This document shows, in pieces, positions 55,401-64,000 of a stretch of DNA of 64,000 bases. Every line of letters starts with the position of its first letter. Position 1 is the first letter of the stretch. The stretch covers positions 1 to 64,000 of the forward strand of contig NIVC01002871.1 in assembly GCA_002269645.1 (NCBI GenBank). The letters are read 5' to 3'. This stretch comes from Macrostomum lignano (lineage: Eukaryota). Position numbers and translations under genes: made by a program. The notes under the pieces are model-generated. The model made no database searches, was not told the DNA's origin, and was given only the letters and a program-made list of their open reading frames with translations.

Positions 55401-58400
55401 GGGGTCATAGCCCTACCTGGTGACAGGGGTCATAGCTCGACTGGGTGACGGGTCATAGCTCTACCTGGTGACAGGGGTCATAGCTCGACTTGGTGACGGG
55501 TCATAGCTCTACCTGGTGACAGGGGTCATAGCTCGACTTGGTGACGGGGGTCATAGCCATACCTGGTGACAGGGGTCATAGCCCTACCTGGTGACACGGG
55601 TCATACCGCTACCTGGTGACGGGTCATAGCTCTACCTGGTGACAGGGGTCATAGCCCTACCTGGTGACACGGGTCATAGCGCTACCTGGTGACAGGGGTC
55701 ATAGCCCTACCTGGTGACACGGGTCATAGCGCTACCTGGTGACAGGGGTCATAGCCCTACCTGGTGACACGGGTCATACCGCTACCTGGTGAGAGGGGTA
55801 CGAGTATTAGCCCTACCTGGTGACAGGTGGTTTATCACCCTCGTTACAAAAAAATTTGAGTATCCAAAACAGAATTGCACAGGAAAAGTTTGCTAAATAA
55901 GGTTGAGTAATTTTTTATATAATTGTCATTACCTGTGAATCTCGTTGAACAAGGTGAGAATTTCGGCAGATTTTGTTATTAATTGACTCTTAGACAGCAT
56001 GCAGACCTTGTATTCAACCTGATTGAGCAGAGCCTCGAGCAGTTCAGTCTCCTGCACTAGATGATTCCGTTGGGTCATTAATGTGACCAGCTTAGCCTTG
56101 AGCTGGCTATCCAGCCGGGTGATCATCAGTTCGACTGCGTTGCGAATCTCTCGAACCCGTTCGTCCTTGGCCTGTTTCACCGACTCCATGTTCTTTTCCT
56201 GGAAAATTAAATCAAATTGTATAGTTAAAAAGGACGAAAAAACGTATATTTACTATAATCAACTACATAACTAATTAAAAATCATTTTATTATTTCTGTT
56301 TTACTCCTATTTCTACTAACAGTAGTGTAGGCTGATAAGTAATAAAAAATAATATTTTTTATTATTATTGGCCACTGACGAACCAGTCGCGCTGATAAGA
56401 GATCTGGATAAAGTGCAATTATTACAGCATACTACTGAATCGAGAGTAGTTTAACTTGACATTTTTTGACCAACTCACAACTTCCTGTATCATAGCCGTC
56501 AATTCCATATTGCGTCGTTTTAGCTGATCCACCCGTTCCTGCACGCGCCTGACGTGATTCTCGTAGACGCTGTCTAGCGGCTCGAACTTGTGCTGCGCGT
56601 GTCTGGCATCGAATAGGGCGCACTTGTGACACACCGACAGCTGGCAGGACTGGCAGAATACTGACAGTTTCTCTTTGTGCGACTCGCACTGATCGCTGGC
56701 CGTGGCGCCGCCGCTAACAGCGCCGCTGTCGGGACCGGCGCCGCCGCTGCCGCCCACGGCGCCGCCTACGCTGGACGTCGAGGCTCCGCTGGAAGCTGAA
56801 CGGGCCGAATTTGGCGGCTGATTCTGCAGCTGGTCCAGCTGAGAGGTGACGTCATCAGCCCAGCGGCACTTCACTAGATCCTGGATGCGTAGGCGGGCTC
56901 TGAAACAAGTCCAATTACATTATAGTGCCAATCAATAAGAGCCATAATAGGCTGCTTAGCAAATCAAGGACAACAGTCAGCGAGGAAGCAAGCAGTCTGC
57001 ATGTCCATTCCGTTGACCCCAGAGCACGGATATGTACACAGGCTCAAGGCTGACGAGGCACCCACTGAGCTACTTACTCTTGCTTCCTTAGAATAATAAA
57101 TTATTTAAATATAAGCGTCTATTTACCTGCAATGCGGACACTGAGGCCTCTGTTCGGTGATCCAACGCTGGAATGGTAAATTAACATGCGGTCTTATGCT
57201 GCCATTAAAATTTCATAACAACTGCACTTAAGGACAGATAATGCAGGCTTGCTAAAAGCAGATCGCTGTTCATTAGCGATCAACATTCTTGAAAGCTTTC
57301 GGGAATTTCTAAATGAAAAAGTGGGCCCCCAACTTTCCCAATATTTCCAAGCTAAAAACTGCATTAATTAAAAGTTGAGCATACAAAATGAATTACTGTT
57401 CGCTTACACAGATGCAGACAAAGCAGCACAGCTTAGAGCAGTGCGGACAGAGTCTGGCATCCCGGAGTCGCTCCATGCAGATGAAGCAGCTGAACACTTC
57501 GGCCAGACTCTACAATAGTGAAGAAAAAAGTCTGATAAAATTGAAGGGTTAGTGTAAATCCCAGCTAGTGTGAACATGTGGTTTCACATTTGATAGATGA
57601 CATTTCACCTACCATTGTCTATATTATAGTGGCTTACCACATTTACTTACCCATATACTTGTTATATTCATTTATTTAAGTTTGTTAAGTACATTTTGAG
57701 TTTAAAAAAACTTTAGGAAATCAAAGCTAAAACACAGACTACCTATAAACATCTAGGCTAGTTCCTGATTAACCAATGACATGATTTTTATCAGTTATAA
57801 AATTGTTCTCATATCAAGTCAGTTTAAGTAAAAAATTTATAGTAGGCAGCTATAACATAACCAATTTCTTAGTCAGTCAGTCAAGTTAGTGTGCAACTAC
57901 ATGGTAACAATTTAAATTAAGTCTAATATAATAAAGTTGCAATGCAATCTTGTGCTATGCTACCATATGGCAAGAGAATCTTATTTTATAAAGACACAAT
58001 TAAAGTTGGAGTCACAATTTAGCCAATAAACTGATGATAAAAAGCTATCATCCCATTAAAATCTTAGAATTCAGTCAGCTAATTTTTACCCAAATCATGA
58101 TTATTTAAAAAATACAATTTTTTAAAAATATTTAATCTCTTTAGCATTGAAAAATTTCTTACCTACAACCTATGTTATAAACCTTAAAAGCCCATAGATT
58201 TTGAAATCTTATATTGCATAAGCCTTGACAAACTAGCTGAAGAAGATAGGGAAGCAAATTTCATTCTGGCATACACTGGTACACAATCTTGGCACTGTAT
58301 CCAGTGTTGGGCACCAGTTTGTTAATAAGCATTAATCTGCTAATAAGCACTGATAAGTGTGAAGATTTTTCATTGACATTATTGGACTGCCATTCAGATT

Positions 58401-61242
58401 TTCTCACTAATGGATTAATGAATTTGCATTAATAATTTTGTAAGTTAATGATAAATTCATTTTTAACATAAATGATAATGTCAATGACCAAAAGATGCAA
58501 AGATTTTAAGAACAACCTCGACCTCAAAGGATGACCTCTGTGTTTTGCTAAAAAATACAAACAAAGACAATGCATTGTGAAGTCTGCTTTGAAAAGAAGT
58601 GCAAGATTTCTATATTAACTGTGTTAACTTTAACAGATTAACATTTAATAATTATCAGTTGACTTTCAGTTAACTTAATGAAATTAAGAGTTAATGAGTT
58701 AATATTTTTGTTCTAATGCTAATGCTTTTGCCATTAGTACAAGTTAAGATTTTCATTAAGTGCCAAATACTGCTGGTATCTATATATTATCTGGGTATTT
58801 CCATCAAAACAGAACACAAAAAGTCTCCACCTTAAAACTGAAAAAAATAAAAATAATGTAAAATTTGATTAGACCAATACAAAAACTTTTACAGCAAATC
58901 ATGACACCTACAAAAAGCATAAGAAATGCTTTATAGCAGAGCAATAAAATCTTACATAGTTATAATGCTCTAAAACAACATTTTATACTATACAAGTTGA
59001 AAAAAGACAAAAAATTGTTAGTGCCTAAAAAAGTTTGTTTTAAAGAACTTAATACTTTTCTATTATTACACAGTTGTTATTTTCTTTTTCTTTTCTTTAT
59101 TTATTTATTATTTCTATGTTAAATGTTCATACATTTTACTTGTATTTTTGTTACAATTAATTATGAACATTAACAGAGGCAGTATTTAGGCTTCAATCAA
59201 CTTTTAAAAGTATAAATATGTGTAGTTTAGATATTTCATAAATTTTGACAAAAATGGTTAATTTTTAAAATTTCTTATAAAGTTTAAACAAATACATAAA
59301 AATAAATTTTATAAATATCTTTTGATGTCAATGTAATGCTTAATGGCTTTGCTTTTCAATGCAATAACTATGTTTTATTGCAACAAATGCAATATTCAAT
59401 ATTTTCAAAAGAAATCATTCAAATTTTTTAAACAAATAAAATCTATATATAAACCTTTTAGAGTCACTCAAAATTGCCAAATATGTGTGTGCAAATGCAC
59501 AATTTTTGTCATAGTGCATGGAATATATCTGTAATTCTATAGTTTAAATCATGCTAGGTGCACACTTAAACAAAAATTAAATAGTTACAAATGCATACCA
59601 AAAAAATTTGGATACATGGCATGCCCATACTCTCAAATCTATAGGCTAGGATTGCAATAATAAATTACCTTTCTGTATAAAAGACCCTTTTGGCTAATAA
59701 TTTGGTTGAATTTTTAAAAACATGACATGTACAAACATTTGTTAAAATGCCTTTTTATGAGCTTAAAAACTGGAAAGCTTGAAATTAATGCCTTAAAATG
59801 AACTTTTCAATCTTTTGTCCACTTCAACTAAATATTTTATGTGATTCTATAAAGTGCACACCTGGTATGTATATACACTAGATATGTATGCACATTGTTT
59901 TTTTGGAATAATCTAAATATACTATATATATACTAATTGTGCATGCCTAACTATTCATATACAAGGGGGCCTATAATGGCTATATGATCCAAAGTATGGC
60001 TAGGGCTAGGATTTTATATAAAAATCCAATTCTGGCTTATTGGTTTCATATAAATATATGGGATTAATTATTTAGTTATTGTCTTTTTTTAAAGTCTTCA
60101 TTTTAAAATCTATGTACTTAAATTTTCTAGTCTTTTTATGCCGAGCATTAAAATTGTTATGTAAATTAATGTTTTTATATGAGTACAAAATAAAGGAAAA
60201 TTTATATAGTCTAAAAATTTGATAATTATAAGGTCACTGGTCAGATTGTCATATTCCATTTCGTCATATTGGATGACGAAGTGACCAGAAGCAAAGTAGC
60301 TTTGAAAAAATAATATTACAAAATGACCAAATATTTATTTATGCTGGATACTTTGTCATCAACCCATCAATCTGTGTGAGATTTGAGTTAGTGTAAACTA
60401 TTTTTGTCTTTATTAATTACGCGTATAAGCTGCGGCAAGCAGAACCAATAGATTGACAGGTTTTATCAATCGAGATGACAAAATGACTGGTATCATTAGG
60501 ATTCCAAGTAAATATGTTTAATTGCAACATAAATTCACTAGGAAGTTGAAACTACTATGATTAGTAGACGATGAAATGACTCTCTTGAGGTAGTGCATGC
60601 AAATTAAGATGACAAAGTGACCCTAGTCGAGGTGAGCACCCCAGACACCCCAGATGACGAAATGGCAAATGACGAAGTGACTCGGAACTGATAATAAACT
60701 ATTGCTTCTTTAAAATCAACAATGAACAAAATTAGTATAAACTATTGCTAAGAATGTGAATTTTGCATTCATTCTTTCTATAGGTATAATCTAAGTTTGT
60801 TTAAAATGAAAATATTTATATTTAAAAAAACTCTTTATATGAAAGCCTTTCTTAGGAATCTCTACTTTTGAAAACCAAATGACCTTTTTAAAAAAGAACT
60901 TATGGCATACATTTTAGATACTTTTTTGTTTTTGTTTTTTTAGTGAGATATATATATACTACTACATAATCCTGATCCTCATCTAGAAATAAAATATAAA
61001 ATGTTCAGTTAGATTAAATCAATAGCCCATACTATAGGGCCTACTAATAACCACAATTATCCCACTATAAAAATGATTAAAATGGCTAAAATTTTTACTC
61101 ATTCATACATCTAGCTAGATGGCATAACATAGGCCCCTAGTTTAAGTCAATCAATATAAAGGCAATCTAGTCAAGGTATAAATTTTGCTCTTACCTCAAG
61201 ACCATTTTCATCTTTTCGTGTAGTCTGCTTTGACTTTTCCAT
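52453..61242 (-). CDS. TRIM37: E3 ubiquitin ligase TRIM37 (RING - B-box - coiled coil - MATH - acidic tail), ~787 aa. Exons 61242-61195, 57509-57408, 57167-57127, 56899-56479, 56198-55933, 55094-54653, 53496-52453
   Basis: [34 protein letters not shown]|[13 protein letters not shown] (RING); [24 protein letters not shown] (B-box); [26 protein letters not shown]...[14 protein letters not shown] (MATH). All junctions are GT-AG and phase-consistent (2364 nt). Confidence 0.95.
53560..54626. repeat. 32-35-bp minisatellite (AGCTAGGGAATGCAGGAGAGTCACTGAATATGAC), ~31 copies, TRIM37 intron 6
   Basis: Direct reading. Confidence 0.95.
55135..55825. repeat. 25-bp minisatellite (CCCTACCTGGTGACAGGGGTCATAG), ~27 copies, TRIM37 intron 5
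   Basis: Direct reading. Confidence 0.95.
60232..60688. mobile_element. Possible degenerate MITE with ATGACGAAATG/GTGAC subterminal repeats in TRIM37 intron 1
   Basis: Left GTCACT..GTCA..CCATTTCGTCAT resembles the reverse complement of the right end, ATGACGAAATGGCAAATGACGAAGTGAC. Several internal GATGACRAARTGAC copies. No TSD found. Confidence 0.4.
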
Positions 61243-62189
61243 TGTCTCCACCTATTTATTTCTAATTTAATACATATACATTAAATAAATTCAGCCATTC
61301 AGGTGTTAAAAAAATTAAAAAAGATCTAGGTTTACTATTATTATTATAATTGAAGAGTTGAAAATTGATAGTAGGCCAATAGGCAATAAAAATCACAGCA
61401 AACTTAGACTCTGTTGCCTGAGTACATTCTCTGAGTCTGAGGAACGTAGGCCTATGTAGAGTCGTATAGGTAGGGGACAGGTGGATTTTATTAATATTAA
61501 TCAAAGCTTGTCGCTTGCAAATTCCCTAGTGGTGCCAGCGAAGTCCTGACCGTACTGCTGCTTTTTACATGAACATGAGCTTAAATTGATATAGCATAGG
61601 CCTAGCTTATTCTTAAATCATCTTAGAGTGGAGTAAGGAGTGGCCTGGTCAGTTCTCAGATTCAGACGTCAGATTTGAAACACTTTATTACGTTACGATA
61701 AATTAATTAAAGTTTTTTTGTCGGTGCAAATCAAATTGCCGCTAAAATTACAAGACATTCCAGGGCACAAGTCACGTCGTAAAAATCAAACAAACCGGGT
61801 GGTTCATCAACGCGAGACGCGAGCGCTAGTCTGACATTTTCTGACTCCGGTGAGAGTCAGGTGGTAAACAGATGATGCTCGTATTATTTTTTATTTTTTA
61901 TTCCACCATTTTTGTAGAAACGAGCCTTTCTAGAGGATCATAAAAATTGGATACGTATCAGGGACGTTCCTGCAACCAAAAAGTTACGTATCGGAGACGT
62001 CGAACTTTCTATTGGATATGTAATTTTGCTGCTCGGGATTCTTTCCGTTGGACCTCGATCAAACCGATCCCTGACGGTAACGCTAGATATCGACGGTCGC
62101 AGTTGTCCGTTTGAACTAGACACCGGTCAGCCATCACGTTGATTGGCGGGAAGAGGTTGGCGGACGAGAGGCTTCCAGGACTTGCCTAT

Positions 62190-63860
62190 ACAGTCCACCA
62201 CGATGGTGCTCATGCGCACGTACCCCAACGAGCAGTTCAAACTGCTGGGCGATTCAAGGGTCTCTGTGAGTTATAACGGCTAGAACCAAATTCTTCCACC
62301 GCTCGTGTCTCTCAGGGCAATGGGCCTTTTCATATTGCTTGCTCTGGTTCCAGAACCAGAACCAATTTGTGAAGTATAACTTTTTGTCTCCATAACTAGA
62401 GGGAGATACGTGCTATAAAGTTTTTATTATTGAATGACAATCGCCAAGAAGAAAGTGAAAAATTGTGCTAAGTTAGGTTGTTAAGGCAGTCAAATATGAA
62501 CAGAGTTTAATAGTTATACTGCTGTTTTTCTTGGAATTCCGAACCGATTCTGGTTCTGGAATTGGTAATATGAAAAGACCCAATGTCGATCTTCTTGGAC
62601 GAGATTGGATGGCTCGACTAAGGTTGGACTGGCAGGCAATCATGGCTCAGGTCAACTCAGTCAGCTCCAGCTCCGCAACCACCTGATGCAGCAGCTAGCT
62701 CTCTGAAGTCTTCGCTGACGGATTGGGTGGTATCACATCCAGGCTCGTGGCTCAGGTCAACTCAGTCAGCTCCAGCTCCGCAACCCCCTAGTGATGCAGC
62801 AGTTCTCTGAAGTCTTCGCTGACGGACTTGGGTGGTATCGCCACGGCGAAGTCAAACTGCAGGTGGACGAGCAGGCCATGCCACGATTCTTCAAGGCCAG
62901 GCCATGTGCCGTAATCACTGATGACGAGAGGACGAGGAGCTGATACGACTCGAGGCCAAGGGCATCATCGCAGATCAAGAATTCAAACTGGGCTGCTCCA
63001 ATCATCCCGGTGGTGAAGGCAAACGGCGATATTTGCATTTGCGGCGAATACAAAGTTCACCTTCAACGCCGCGGCCAAGCCTGAGCACTATCCATTGCCA
63101 CGGATTAGAGGACATCTTCGTCAAGCAGATTATTAAGATGCAAATAGACAAAACTCGACTTATCGAACGCGTTTTTGCAGCTGCCAATGTCCGAGGGGAG
63201 CCGTGCCTACCTAGTCATCAAAACATCGAGAGTCTTGTTTCAACTCAATAGACTGCCCTTCGGCATTAACTCGGCCAGCGCCATCTTCCAGCGTACTCTG
63301 CAAGCGCTATTGGGTGATCTATTGAGACGACAAGGTGTTCGTCGACGACATTCTCGTCACAGGCAAGCAGCACAAACAGAACCTAACTAGAGTGCTGCAG
63401 CGTCTTCAGGACGCTGGCCTTCGACTAAACAAGGCCAAGTGCCTGTTCTTCCAAGATTCTCGGGATCGAGGGCCTTCGTTCCGTCTGCACTCCGCCCGAT
63501 GGTCCTCTGCGTACTGCATTAAGCTCGATCATCCTGGGGCTAGCCGCATGGGAGCGCTCGCGCGCATGCAGCTACGTGTGGTGGCCTGGGCTGGACCGTC
63601 AGAGCATGTGAAACCAGCCGGGCTGATCCACCCAATTCGCCAGTGCACCCATGGCCCTTCCCATCCGAGCCATGGTCCAGACTGCACGTCGACTTTGCTG
63701 GGCCAGTGGACGGACGCACTTTTCTGGTGCTTATCGACGCGGACAGCAAGTGGCCGGAGATGAAGCAGCTGACCAGCATGACGTCGACCACGACAATCGG
63801 CTGTCTCCGCGAGATCTTCGCGCGCCAGGGCCTGCCATGGACTTTAGTGTCGGACAACAG
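62190..63860 (+). mobile_element. Decayed Ty3/Gypsy (Mag/K02A2.6-like) pol: protease end, RT and integrase fragments; RNase H not seen
   Basis: LLGRDWMARLRLDW, NWAAPIIPVVKANGDICICGEYK, HYPLPRI, RLPFGINSASAIFQR, FVDDILVTG, WSRLHVDFAGP and IFARQGLPWTLVSDN occur in order across frameshifts. Confidence 0.9.
62322..62581. mobile_element. 260-bp MITE (PIF/Harbinger-like ends) with AAT target-site duplication, inserted in the Gypsy protease region
   Basis: TIRs GGGCCTTTTCATATT / AATATGAAAAGACCC. AAT on both sides. Removing the insert and one AAT restores GGC AAT GTC GAT CTT CTT GGA CGA GAT TGG (GNVDLLGRDW). Confidence 0.85.
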
Positions 63861-64000
63861 GAAGTTGATTTTTCACAGGGATTGAAAATACGAGTAGGAT
63901 GCAATGAATGCGATGGTTCATCCCAAGCACTCGGGCAACTTCTGAACGCCCTCTGCAGCACCCGAATCACCCTGCTGTTTCAAAAGTCGGACGATCTCGT

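Noticed and set aside
38440-55825. Regular 19-54-bp repeats as possible CRISPR arrays
   Set aside because: They are head-to-tail units with no unique spacers, there are no cas genes, and the context is eukaryotic and intronic.

Overview
Repeat-rich animal genomic DNA with spliceosomal GT-AG introns, GC-rich exons and AT-rich or minisatellite-filled introns. The style suggests a free-living flatworm such as Macrostomum, but that is inference only. I reconstructed eight host genes by hand from splice sites and reading phase: AP2M1 (-, runs off the left edge, exon 2 corrupted); a DLG1/SAP97-like gene (+) encoding only L27-PDZ1-PDZ2 plus a Lys-rich tail; RAD1 (-); an orphan Pro/Arg-rich gene (-); a divergent 7TM GPCR (-); a divergent ETS-domain factor (+) that the ORF track shows only in fragments; WDR82 (-); and TRIM37 (-). 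Mobile DNA includes a Neptune-type Penelope-like retroelement (RT plus GIY-YIG) with two hammerhead ribozymes showing compensatory stem changes, a tRNA-derived CORE-like SINE, RTE LINE fragments, a decayed Gypsy pol interrupted by a MITE, and other MITEs. About 20 distinct tandem arrays are present. The strongest candidate for an undescribed system is the Penelope-like locus at 19.5-24.7 kb. There each ribozyme is followed at a conserved ~60-nt spacing by the same terminal motif and then a compound (CT)n/GTATGTCTGCT array, as if the element templates its own repeat arrays in a telomerase-like way. Gene models are manual and unverified by RNA data, and most long ORFs in the track are repeat artefacts.
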